The notes: generated from the sequence alone by a model not told the origin. Positions 48,175 through 57,586 are shown, counted from the stretch's first letter. The stretch is 59,957 nucleotides of DNA from Flavobacteriaceae bacterium (GCA_047621945.1 JBLHMK010000002.1:1-59957), one strand, 5' to 3'. Made by a program: numbers and translations.

Positions 48175-49042
48175 GCTTCAGTTACTCCTTCAATCTATAC
48201 GCCTACCCAATTTAATAATGCTTGCTTTGGTGCAATTTATTGTTTGCCAATTTTACGTACAAGTCTATTCTTTTTCATTTTACTTCTTACTTATTTTTTC
48301 AACTATATGTATTGCGCTTGGTGGCTATCTCATTAATGATGTTTACGATTTATCTATTGACCAAGCCAATGACAAGGACAGATGGGTTAATGAAAAAAAT
48401 ATTAATAAGTTTAAATATTTCGCCGTAGCTCTTTTCATTCTAGGGCTCGTTCTTGGTTTATCCGCATCGCTTATAAGCAGTTTAAACTTATTTACAGCTT
48501 ATGTTGTAGCTGTGCTTACTTTAGTTCTCTATGCCGTCTTTCTAAGCCGATACAAATTAGCAGGCAACCTTGTAGTAAGTGCCTTAATTGCACTCAGTAT
48601 TCTTCTTTGTTTTTACCTTGGAGTGAATCACCCAGAGTTTGACAGAAAGTTTTACGTCTTCGACGAACTATCCGTTTGGGTGTATGCAGCTATTGCTTTT
48701 CTACTCAATTGGATTCGAGAAATCGTTAAAGATTTAGAGGATGTTGAAGGAGACCGAATTGGTAATCGGCATACCCTACCCATACTCATTGGTCAATCTT
48801 ATACGAAAGGAATTGTTCAGATTGTTCTTGTCTTTTTCTTGTTCATATTTATTTATCTAGCTATAGCATATTTCCAAGATCGCCTATTTGTAATTTACAT
48901 TGGTGGCTTGATTATACTAACGACCCTAACGATGAAAAGGCTATATAGCGCTTCAAAAAGCAACGCTTATCATGGTGCTAGCCTGTTTATCAAAGTCTTG
49001 ATGTTGCTAGGCCTCCTATTACCCATATCCAGTCATTTATAA
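48167..49042 (+). CDS. UbiA-family prenyltransferase (DGGGP-synthase-like)
   Basis: About 8 TM helices. The first Asp-rich motif is LINDVYDLSIDQAND and the second is KDLEDVEGDRIGNRHTLPI. The ATG at 48167 (MNKLQLL) overlaps the upstream gene by 8 nt. Confidence 0.75.
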   Translation: MNKLQLLLQSIRLPNLIMLALVQFIVCQFYVQVYSFSFYFLLIFSTICIALGGYLINDVYDLSIDQANDKDRWVNEKNINKFKYFAVALFILGLVLGLSASLISSLNLFTAYVVAVLTLVLYAVFLSRYKLAGNLVVSALIALSILLCFYLGVNHPEFDRKFYVFDELSVWVYAAIAFLLNWIREIVKDLEDVEGDRIGNRHTLPILIGQSYTKGIVQIVLVFFLFIFIYLAIAYFQDRLFVIYIGGLIILTTLTMKRLYSASKSNAYHGASLFIKVLMLLGLLLPISSHL

Positions 49043-49053
49043 AGTTTAGATTG

Positions 49054-49635
49054 ATGAAAAAATTAAAAATTGTCCTCGCTTCTAAATCTCCTAGAAGAAA
49101 AGAACTTCTTGGGAATATTGTTGCTGAATTTGAAATTCGAACCAAAGAAATTGAAGAAATCTATCCTCCTGAATTAGATGCATCGTTGGTACCTGAATAT
49201 TTAGCTAAACTCAAAGCGAGTGCATTCACTGAAACCATGGCTGACGACGAGTTAATCATTACATCAGATACCGTAGTTACTATGAATGATGAAATTTATG
49301 GCAAGCCTAAGGACAGAGAAGATGCTATTCGGATTCTCAGCGAGTTGTCTGGAAAATCTCATGATGTGATTACCGGAGTTTGCTTGCGCCTAAAAGACAA
49401 GGGAATTGTCTTTAGCGAAACGACTCGAATACATTTTAAGGCCCTCAGTTTAGAGGAGATAGAATACTACATTGACAACTATCAACCGTATGATAAAGCG
49501 GGTGCTTATGCCATTCAAGAGTGGATTGGTATGATAGGAATAGAGCGAATGGAAGGCGACTACTTTAATGTTGTAGGATTGCCTTTGTTTCGATTGAATC
49601 AAGAGTTGAAGTTATTAGGGTTCGGAACCCTTTAA
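49054..49635 (+). CDS. maf: Maf family nucleoside triphosphate pyrophosphatase
   Basis: Contains LASKSPRRKELL...SDTVV...GKP...AGAYAIQ. The ATG at 49054 follows the track's TTG at 49051. Confidence 0.9.
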   Translation: MKKLKIVLASKSPRRKELLGNIVAEFEIRTKEIEEIYPPELDASLVPEYLAKLKASAFTETMADDELIITSDTVVTMNDEIYGKPKDREDAIRILSELSGKSHDVITGVCLRLKDKGIVFSETTRIHFKALSLEEIEYYIDNYQPYDKAGAYAIQEWIGMIGIERMEGDYFNVVGLPLFRLNQELKLLGFGTL

Positions 49636-49649
49636 GGGTTCCGAACCCT
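49617..49649. terminator. perfect 14-bp inverted repeat spanning the maf stop codon (bidirectional terminator-like hairpin between convergent genes)
   Basis: AGGGTTCGGAACCC-tttaa-GGGTTCCGAACCCT. Each arm is itself palindromic (GGGTTC-N-GAACCC). There is no long T-run. Confidence 0.5.
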
Positions 49650-49656
49650 AATAAGA

Positions 49657-52029
49657 TTAAAACCTTAAGTTCACCCCTGCCATAAAATTAAACTTAGCTT
49701 GAGGAAAGAAGTAAGCTTCGCCAGCATAGACATAAGCGTTTGCAACAATCTCTCTATTCGTAAAATTATTCAATAGTAAACTAAACTCCACATCTTTCAC
49801 TACTTCTGTATGGAAAGTGTAGGCGATTCTCATGTCGTTTTGACGGTATTTATCAATAGATAATCGATCAGTACTTGTGTTATCCAAAAATTGCTTTCCA
49901 ACAAACTTACTCGAGATAGAAAAACTCAATCCTTTTATTGGGCGTAGTCCAAACTGCAGGCCACCTATCCATTGTGGAGAGTATGATATTTTAGTTTTAT
50001 CATGTTTCACTAGGCTTTCATCCTCGAAAGATCTTATTTCATTAACACTCCAGGTAGCATTTGCATCTAGTGAAATGATTTCAGCGACATCCATTCCAAC
50101 AGCCGTTTCAATTCCTGTTCGGTAACTCTTATCTACATTTATTCGAACAGTTGAACCCACATCGTTAAGTGCCCCATTCAAAACCAATTGATTCTTGTAA
50201 TGCATGTAATAATAATTCGTACTTACTCGGAGGTATTTACTCTCGTAATTATATCCCAACTCCAGATCATACATGGTTTCGTGTTCAGGTTTTTCATCAT
50301 TGTCAATAAAATCGTTTCTAGTTGGTTCGCGATTGGCTACAGCAAAAGAAGTATATAAAGTGCTCTTGGTATTTAACAAATAACTCAAACCAACTTTAGG
50401 ATTGAAGAAGTTATAATCCAAGTCTTGGAATAGGTATCGTTGATCGTTATCAATGCCAGAGACATTGTAAGAGACTCTTCGAAATTGCATATCAGCAAAC
50501 CCAACTATCTTTTTAGTAAAGTAGTAATTAGCTTTAGCATAAATATTGAAGTCTGTTTTTTGACCATTGTTTTCATAGTATCGATCTCTAAGAGAACCGT
50601 TACTTGCATATTCAGCCCATATAACTTCTCCGAAATGTATCCCATCATATTGATTCCAAGCACCGCCAAGTGTAAAATCTAACTTCTTATGTTTCTGATA
50701 ATTTACTGAAAAAGTAGCTCCATAAAAATCATTGTCTAACCATCTTCTTCTCACTAAATCTGTCCGTGTGATAGTGTCTGTTCCTTGTATTACATTGTCC
50801 AATCCATAATTAGCTAGTTTACTTTGTACTTTAAATTGCTCAAAATACCCTTTCCCTTTGATGTAAAACAAGCCGACATTAGCCACCCAGTTATCTTTAA
50901 TTTGTTGAGAGACGAAAAGTTGATAATGATCTTGTTTGTATTGGTCAATCTCATTATCATAAGGCACATCTGTTGAAAGGAAGTCTGTTCCAGATATATT
51001 GAATGTTCTATCCGTTTCTAAGGTAGCGCCATCAATTCCATTCCACGCTTGGTAGGTCGTTTCACTTCCGCTAAAATGATTAAAACGAAGAATGGTATTC
51101 TCTCCATAATACGCTCCACTTAGATAGTAACTCCATAATTTAGCTCGAGCTCTATCAATATATCCATCCGTTTTAATATGTGACAGTCGGGCATCCACCG
51201 TGAATTTTTCTTTAAGTAATCCGGTTCCAAGCTTTAGGGTATTTTTCATGCTTGCGAATGAACCAAAAGAATTGTTTAACTCCACATATGGCTTTTTATT
51301 CAAGGTATTCGTATTTAGGTTGACCGAAGCCCCGAATGCAGCAGCGCCGTTGGTGCTACTCCCCACCCCTCTTTGAATTTGAATATCCTTTATCGACGAG
51401 GCGATGTCGCCGATATTTACGGAGAATACTCCCTGACTTTCAGGATCGTTATAAGGAATTCCATTAATCGTAAAGTTGATTCTTGACATATCCGTGCCTC
51501 TAATCCTCATTGCAGTGTAACCGATACCGTTTCCACCATCACTAAAAGAAACTACACTTTGTTCATGTTTTAACAGGTAGGTTAAATCTTGACCAAGATT
51601 CTCCTTAGCTAATTCTTCCGCATCAATTGTTGTTTTAGTTGTTGGCGTTACTTTATTAGCTCTTGTTGCCTTCACTATAACCTCATCTGTAAAGAGAGAT
51701 TTATAAATAGCTGCATCCTCCGGCCCTGTGCCTTTTGGATACATTTCCAATAATAAGTACTCATCTTTTTGTAGATCAACTTTCCGTTTAAGCTCGTCAT
51801 AGCCCTCCTTGACTATTCGCAATGAATGACTCCCTGGACTTAGATTTGGTATACTAAAACTTCCCTTATCTAGCGTGAAGTATGGCTTAGAATCTTGGTC
51901 AACATATAGCATGCAATCCATTAATTCTGTATTGTCAGAATTGTTAATAACCCGTCCAGACAATGTTAGCTGTGCGGTAGATTGATAGGCAAGAAATAGG
52001 CAAAATAAGAAGGAAACGTATGCTTTCAT
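49657..52029 (-). CDS. TonB-dependent receptor (thiamine-related, riboswitch-controlled) with CarboxypepD_reg-like N-terminal domain
   Basis: 790 aa with a signal peptide ending STAQ, a plug region (IQIQRGVGSSTNGAAAFG) and a terminal ..GVNLRF. It is preceded by a TPP riboswitch. Confidence 0.88.
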   Translation of the reverse strand: MKAYVSFLFCLFLAYQSTAQLTLSGRVINNSDNTELMDCMLYVDQDSKPYFTLDKGSFSIPNLSPGSHSLRIVKEGYDELKRKVDLQKDEYLLLEMYPKGTGPEDAAIYKSLFTDEVIVKATRANKVTPTTKTTIDAEELAKENLGQDLTYLLKHEQSVVSFSDGGNGIGYTAMRIRGTDMSRINFTINGIPYNDPESQGVFSVNIGDIASSIKDIQIQRGVGSSTNGAAAFGASVNLNTNTLNKKPYVELNNSFGSFASMKNTLKLGTGLLKEKFTVDARLSHIKTDGYIDRARAKLWSYYLSGAYYGENTILRFNHFSGSETTYQAWNGIDGATLETDRTFNISGTDFLSTDVPYDNEIDQYKQDHYQLFVSQQIKDNWVANVGLFYIKGKGYFEQFKVQSKLANYGLDNVIQGTDTITRTDLVRRRWLDNDFYGATFSVNYQKHKKLDFTLGGAWNQYDGIHFGEVIWAEYASNGSLRDRYYENNGQKTDFNIYAKANYYFTKKIVGFADMQFRRVSYNVSGIDNDQRYLFQDLDYNFFNPKVGLSYLLNTKSTLYTSFAVANREPTRNDFIDNDEKPEHETMYDLELGYNYESKYLRVSTNYYYMHYKNQLVLNGALNDVGSTVRINVDKSYRTGIETAVGMDVAEIISLDANATWSVNEIRSFEDESLVKHDKTKISYSPQWIGGLQFGLRPIKGLSFSISSKFVGKQFLDNTSTDRLSIDKYRQNDMRIAYTFHTEVVKDVEFSLLLNNFTNREIVANAYVYAGEAYFFPQAKFNFMAGVNLRF

Positions 52030-52084
52030 TATAATTTTTTTAAATAAAAATAAAGCGCTTCCTAAGGAACAAAAATAGTCCTTA

Positions 52085-52172
52085 ATCTCTCTCTTCCCTA
52101 CGCAAATGCTAATTTGATCAGGTTCTGAGGGTATATCTCATTCCTTGTAAAAAGGAAACCCCTAGAAAGCTT
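52085..52172 (-). promoter_or_regulatory. TPP (THI-box) riboswitch
   Basis: The minus strand reads CUUUCUAGGGGUUUCCUUUUUACAAGGAAUGAGAUAUACCCUCAGAACCUGAUCAAAUUAGCAUUUGCGUAGGGAAGAGAG. It contains the conserved core (GGGGU, a stem-loop, UGAGA, ACCC, GAACCUGAUC, a stem-loop, GCGUAGGGA). P1 pairs CUUUCU with AGAGAG. It lies about 55 nt upstream of the receptor ATG at 52029. Confidence 0.9.
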
Positions 52173-52297
52173 TGTGAAGATAATTAAAAATTTATTACTA
52201 GATTTGCCTAACTAACTAAAAATGTGGATAACTCAAACTAAAAACAAATGCCATTTGTATTTGTAAGTTTTAATTATCCTACGTTCGACTAACTACA

Positions 52298-54484
52298 ATG
52301 AAAACCTTTCCTTCATACAAACAGATGGATCAAATGGACTGTGGTCCTACATGCCTGCGAATCATTGCAAAGCATTACAAGAAGAATTTCTCTCTTCAGT
52401 ATCTAAGAAGCATTAGTTATATAGACAGACAGGGTGTTTCATTTCAAGGAATAAGTCAAGCTGCAGAAACTATTGGAATGCGAACGAATTCATTTCGTTT
52501 GACATTCGATGACCTGCTTTCGATAAAAATGCCATGTATTGCACATTGGAATCAGAACCATTTTGTCGTTATTTACAAAATAACCAAAAAGAAAGTTTGG
52601 ATTTCAGATCCAGGATTAGGTTTAGTTAGCTATACAGCTGAAGAATTTAAAAAGCACTGGGTTTCCACTGTTAAAGATACCATTGAGCAAGGTGTAATCA
52701 TGGAAATTGATCCTACGCCTTCGTTTTATCAAACAGAAGATAGTAAAAAACAAAAATCAGGTTTCAAGTTCCTTTTTAATTATTTGCGTCAATACAAAGG
52801 TTTAATCACTCAATTAATTTTGGGGATGTTTGCAGGAAGTTTGATTCAATTAATCTTTCCTTTCTTAACGCAATCTATAGTTGACTTTGGAATAAACAAT
52901 CAAGACATTCCATTCATATACTTGATATTAATTGCTCAGCTAGTTCTTTTCGCTGGTCAAACTACTGTTGAGATAATAAGAAGTTGGATCCTATTGCATA
53001 TTGGTACTAGAGTAAATGTTTCCCTAATTTCTGATTTCTTAATGAAATTATTAAGGTTACCGCTCAAGTTTTTTGATACAAAAATGATTGGGGACATTTT
53101 ACAGCGGGTAAATGACCATGACAGAATAGAACATTTTTTAACCTCCGCTTCCTTAAGTGCGTTGTTCTCTGTTTTTAACATTATAGTGTTTGGATTTGTG
53201 CTATTGATGTATAACAAGATGATATTCTTGGTCTTCTTCATTGCTGCAATATTATACTTTATTTGGATTAGCTTCTTCTTGAAACGTAGAGCTTTAATTG
53301 ACCATACCCGATTTAAGGAATTATCAAAAAATAGAAATCATCTTATTCAGTTAATTGAAGGGGTGCAAGATATTAAGCTTAACAATAGTGAAAGCCAAAT
53401 GAGATGGGACTGGGAGCATATTCAGGCCAGCTTGTTCAAGGTTAACATAAAAGCTTTAAGCCTTGATCAATGGCAGAGTATTGGTGCTCAAATCATTAAT
53501 CAATCTAAAAACATTATAATCATTTTCTTAGCAGCTAAAGCCGTGATAGATGGAGAAATGACTCTTGGTATGATGATGGCCGTTCAGTTTATTGTTGGTC
53601 AGTTAAATACGCCAATCGATCAGTTAATTGGATTCATTAGAGATGCTCAAGATGCAAAACTAAGTTTAGAGCGTATCAGTGAAATTCATGATAATGAAAC
53701 GGAAGAAGACTTAAATGAAGCTAAAATAGATATCCTTCCTGAACATGGAGATATCAACTTTAAAGGAGTAAATTTTAGATACGGGAATCCTAAGGCAGCG
53801 CCTGTACTTTCCAATATTAACTGTTGTATACCTTTCGGAAAGACTACCGCAATTGTAGGTACTTCTGGAAGCGGGAAAACTACTTTACTTAAGCTTATTC
53901 TTAAATTCTACAACCCTGAAACAGGAAGTATTAGTTTAGATCATGCTAATCTAAAAAATGTAAGAAATGCTTCTTGGAGAAACAGAGTTGGAGTTGTTAT
54001 GCAAGATGGATTTATCTTCTCAGACACCATAGCTAAGAATATTGCCGTAGGCCAAGACATCATAGATACCAATAGATTACTTGAGGCTGTTGAAGTAGCT
54101 AATATTAAAGAACACATTGAAGAACTTCCATTGGGATACAATACCAAAATTGGTAGTGAAGGAATTGGATTAAGTGCTGGCCAAAAACAACGAATTTTGA
54201 TTGCTAGAGCTATCTATAAGAATCCAGATTTCTTATTACTAGATGAAGCTACAAATGCATTAGATGCGAATAATGAAAAAGTTATTGTTGAAAATTTAAA
54301 CAACTATTTAAAGAATAAAACTATGTTGGTAGTTGCTCACCGTTTGAGCACAGTAAAAAATGCGGATCAAATCATAGTCTTAGATAAAGGAGTAATTATA
54401 GAACGTGGAACGCATGAAGAGTTAAGCCAATTGAAAGGCGCTTATTATGCATTGGTTAAAAATCAATTAGAGTTAGGGAATTAA
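52298..54484 (+). CDS. peptidase C39 domain-containing ABC transporter (PCAT, bacteriocin/peptide exporter type)
   Basis: 728 aa. The C39 catalytic Cys is in QMDCGPTCL (codon 52340..52342), with His in NHFVVIY and Asp in ISDPG. There are six TM helices. Walker A is GTSGSGKTT, the signature is LSAGQKQR and Walker B is LLLDEAT. Confidence 0.92.
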   Translation: MKTFPSYKQMDQMDCGPTCLRIIAKHYKKNFSLQYLRSISYIDRQGVSFQGISQAAETIGMRTNSFRLTFDDLLSIKMPCIAHWNQNHFVVIYKITKKKVWISDPGLGLVSYTAEEFKKHWVSTVKDTIEQGVIMEIDPTPSFYQTEDSKKQKSGFKFLFNYLRQYKGLITQLILGMFAGSLIQLIFPFLTQSIVDFGINNQDIPFIYLILIAQLVLFAGQTTVEIIRSWILLHIGTRVNVSLISDFLMKLLRLPLKFFDTKMIGDILQRVNDHDRIEHFLTSASLSALFSVFNIIVFGFVLLMYNKMIFLVFFIAAILYFIWISFFLKRRALIDHTRFKELSKNRNHLIQLIEGVQDIKLNNSESQMRWDWEHIQASLFKVNIKALSLDQWQSIGAQIINQSKNIIIIFLAAKAVIDGEMTLGMMMAVQFIVGQLNTPIDQLIGFIRDAQDAKLSLERISEIHDNETEEDLNEAKIDILPEHGDINFKGVNFRYGNPKAAPVLSNINCCIPFGKTTAIVGTSGSGKTTLLKLILKFYNPETGSISLDHANLKNVRNASWRNRVGVVMQDGFIFSDTIAKNIAVGQDIIDTNRLLEAVEVANIKEHIEELPLGYNTKIGSEGIGLSAGQKQRILIARAIYKNPDFLLLDEATNALDANNEKVIVENLNNYLKNKTMLVVAHRLSTVKNADQIIVLDKGVIIERGTHEELSQLKGAYYALVKNQLELGN

Positions 54485-54505
54485 CTTAACGCAAGTTATT
54501 TATAA

Positions 54506-55792
54506 ATGGAAAAAGAGCTTAAAAATTTAAATTTACGAAGTGAAGAAATTCAGGATATCCTTGGGAAAACCCCAGGATGGTTAACCCGCTTTGGGTCTTT
54601 GTTTATCCTCGTGGGTCTTCTATCTATAGTGGCTGTAAGTGCAATAGTTCAATATCCTGATGTGGTAGCGGCTCCTATTGAAATCAGTTCTTCTAATCCA
54701 CCAATCCCTTTGTTTGCTAAACAAGCTGGAAATATTGAAGAGCTCTCAATAGTCAATAACGAAGCCGTTAATGAAGGTCAAATTATTGGTATCCTTCAGA
54801 ATGGGGCGAATGAAGAAGAAGTGTTTCTCATTGAAACTAAATTGGATTCTTTTATCAACTATCCTGAATTAGCAGAAAACATCACTTTCCCAGAGAATGT
54901 TGAATTAGGTAGAATTCAAGAGAGCTACTCAAACTTCATAAGAAGCTATGAAGATTTTGAATTTTTCGACACTCAGAATACCAGCATGAGTTCAATTGCT
55001 TATGTAGAAAACCAAATAAAAGAACTCAAAAACATAACAACTGGGCTTAAGAAACAAAGTGAAAATTGTGCTGCTCAGTTACAACTCTTAAACAAGAACT
55101 ATTTTACAGATATAGAGCTAGCGGCCAAAGGGGTGATTTCTCAACGAGTTGTTGATGAAAGTATGGCAGTTTTCACACAGAAAAGAACTAGTTGTGAAAA
55201 CTTAAACATTCAAATCAGTAATAATCAATTAAAAATCCAAGAGTTAAAAATGCAAGTTTTTGGCTATAGTTCTGGAGATAAAGAAGATTCTCAAAGCAAG
55301 TCGATGTTATTAAGAGAGAATGCTTCCAAACTTGCCAATGACATTAATCTATGGAAGGAACAATTTTTAATCATTACACCAGTAGATGGGTATGTTTCTT
55401 TAAATCAGATTTGGTCAAACAACCAGTACATAGAAGAGGACACTGAAATTCTTTCCATAGTGCAAAGGCAACAAGATCTGAAAGTATTTGCTCAAGTTAA
55501 TTCTAAAGACATCTCAAAACTAAAGCTAGACCAAAAAGCTAATATCCGCTTAGAAGCCTATTTTTATATGGAATATGGTTTAGTTCAAGGAATCGTCACT
55601 GCAATATCAGCTGTACCCCGTAACGACTTGTATCAAATTGAAATAACCCTCAACGATGGTTTGCATACCACCTACGACAAGGACTTACAATTTGCACAAG
55701 GCATGAAAGGCAGTGTTGAAATAGTTAGTTCTAAACGCACCTTTTTAGCTAGAATTTTAGATAAGTTCAAGTACCTCTTTAGTGAGCGGTAA
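54506..55792 (+). CDS. HlyD family secretion (membrane fusion) protein
   Basis: 428 aa with one N-terminal TM helix, a lipoyl-like segment (NEAVNEGQIIGIL), a long coiled coil and a C-terminal beta-barrel. It starts 21 nt after the PCAT gene. Confidence 0.85.
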   Translation: MEKELKNLNLRSEEIQDILGKTPGWLTRFGSLFILVGLLSIVAVSAIVQYPDVVAAPIEISSSNPPIPLFAKQAGNIEELSIVNNEAVNEGQIIGILQNGANEEEVFLIETKLDSFINYPELAENITFPENVELGRIQESYSNFIRSYEDFEFFDTQNTSMSSIAYVENQIKELKNITTGLKKQSENCAAQLQLLNKNYFTDIELAAKGVISQRVVDESMAVFTQKRTSCENLNIQISNNQLKIQELKMQVFGYSSGDKEDSQSKSMLLRENASKLANDINLWKEQFLIITPVDGYVSLNQIWSNNQYIEEDTEILSIVQRQQDLKVFAQVNSKDISKLKLDQKANIRLEAYFYMEYGLVQGIVTAISAVPRNDLYQIEITLNDGLHTTYDKDLQFAQGMKGSVEIVSSKRTFLARILDKFKYLFSER

Positions 55793-55897
55793 TTCTAAGA
55801 ATTGTTAATATCTGCCCTTATACATACTAAAATTACCTTTAACTTTGTTCTCAATTGGTAGATGCTATGTCCACCCTATAACCTTGAAAATATTGTT

Positions 55898-57586
55898 ATG
55901 AAGAATATTCTGTTGACTTTGTTAATTTCTGGATTTACATTTTCATCTGTAAGTGCTCAATTATACCCTGAAGATTACGACAACATTGATTTTGCTTTTG
56001 ATTCACTTTACTCAGTTAAATATCAAAAGTATATGCGAAGTAAAGACTCCGTAGCACTTATACAATTATACGCTGCACTTGATGATAAGATAAAGAGTGC
56101 AAGTACAACCAATGAACTAATTATTACAAATAGTACCATCCACACCTTACCTGCAGGTATAAGTGAACTGAGTAAAGTTGAAAAAGTTATTTTTGCTAAT
56201 TGTAGAAATTTGGATCTTCCTAAGGTAATTGAACAATTATCTGTTTTGGATGGACTAAAGTCACTAGCCATTATAAATTGCGGTATTTATAGTCTACCAG
56301 ATAACATCTCTTCTCTTAGTGGTCTCACAAGCCTCAATATAAAAGAAAACAAAATTGTTAGACTTCCGAGCTCCCTAGTTGAGTTAAAAAGTTTAAGAAG
56401 CTTAAATGTGTCCAACAACAGTATACTTAATGAAGACTTATTGTTTGAACTCTTAGCTAAAATGCCATATGTTAAGCATCTAGAAGCTAATTATTGTGCT
56501 ATTAGAGCCCTTCCAGAAGTGGGAGTCAGCCAGTTCGTTCAAATTGGACTTGCTGGGAATATGTTGACCCAATTGAATAGAGAAATAAAAGCAGTGCAAA
56601 TTGATTTGAGTGCAAACCCTTATCTAGACTTAGAAACCACTATTGACCAACTAGCTAGTAACAAACAGTTAAAAGTACTTGATCTCGGCTTTAACAAGTG
56701 GAAGGTATTACCTGCTAGTATTGGAAAATTGAATAGTTTAGAATCTTTAAATCTTAGAGGAAATAAGCTTATTACCCTGCCAGAAGAGATAGGAAGTTTA
56801 CTTAATTTAAAAGTACTCAAAGTAGATAATCCTGATATATACTTACACACAAACAAACTGACAAGTTTACCGACTAGTATAGGCAAACTAACCCAGCTTG
56901 ATAGTTTATACCTTTCGGGAAATAAACTTAGCACTCTTCCCGCAAGTATAGGTAAACTTTCTAATCTTCAATTTTTGGATTTGAGTTGGAACGCTTTAGA
57001 AAGCTTTCCAAAATCACTATTATCCTTGAGCAATCTCAAACATCTAAACCTAGCAATCAACCACGTATTGACTATTCCCGAGGAAATTGGCAATCTTGAA
57101 AACTTGAATTATTTAAACTGCCAAGGTGACTTTTTTGTTAACTATCAATTAAAAATTAAATCAATTCCCAATTCGATAGCTAAGCTTGTTAATTTGAAAA
57201 CTTTAATTTTAAGCGATAATGTAATCGAAGAATTGCCTGCTGGTATTGAAACCTGTACTCAACTTGACGTATTAGATTTGAAGGACAATCTTTTAAGTAC
57301 TTTACCTGAGAGTATTGGTAAACTGGTTGTTTTGCGTGAGTTAAACTTGAAAGCTAATGAAATCGTTGACTTACCTGAAACGTTTGCTAAACTTTCATCA
57401 TTAGAGTATTTAAATTTAGCATTCAATTTCAACATCAATAGTAGTTCTGCAGCTGTTTCTATTAAAAGCTTAAGTAAACTGAAAGAGTTAAACATAACTG
57501 ACAGCTATTTTAATGATGCTGCTGTTCAATTACTCATGGAAGCCTTACCACAAACAAGTATTGTTACTAAAGTGCCTGAGAAGTAG
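55898..57586 (+). CDS. secreted leucine-rich repeat (LRR) protein
   Basis: I prefer the start MKNILLTLLISGFTFSSVSAQ (ATG at 55898). It has about 18-20 tandem 23-aa LRRs of the LxxLxLxxNxLxxLPxxIGxL type. There is no T9SS CTD and no extra catalytic domain. Confidence 0.85.
   Translation: MKNILLTLLISGFTFSSVSAQLYPEDYDNIDFAFDSLYSVKYQKYMRSKDSVALIQLYAALDDKIKSASTTNELIITNSTIHTLPAGISELSKVEKVIFANCRNLDLPKVIEQLSVLDGLKSLAIINCGIYSLPDNISSLSGLTSLNIKENKIVRLPSSLVELKSLRSLNVSNNSILNEDLLFELLAKMPYVKHLEANYCAIRALPEVGVSQFVQIGLAGNMLTQLNREIKAVQIDLSANPYLDLETTIDQLASNKQLKVLDLGFNKWKVLPASIGKLNSLESLNLRGNKLITLPEEIGSLLNLKVLKVDNPDIYLHTNKLTSLPTSIGKLTQLDSLYLSGNKLSTLPASIGKLSNLQFLDLSWNALESFPKSLLSLSNLKHLNLAINHVLTIPEEIGNLENLNYLNCQGDFFVNYQLKIKSIPNSIAKLVNLKTLILSDNVIEELPAGIETCTQLDVLDLKDNLLSTLPESIGKLVVLRELNLKANEIVDLPETFAKLSSLEYLNLAFNFNINSSSAAVSIKSLSKLKELNITDSYFNDAAVQLLMEALPQTSIVTKVPEK

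Noticed and set aside
52223-52267. 14-codon ORF (MWITQTKNKCHLYL) just upstream of the PCAT gene, considered as possible exported peptide
   Set aside because: It has no double-glycine leader, is too short for leader plus core, and overlaps the promoter palindrome.
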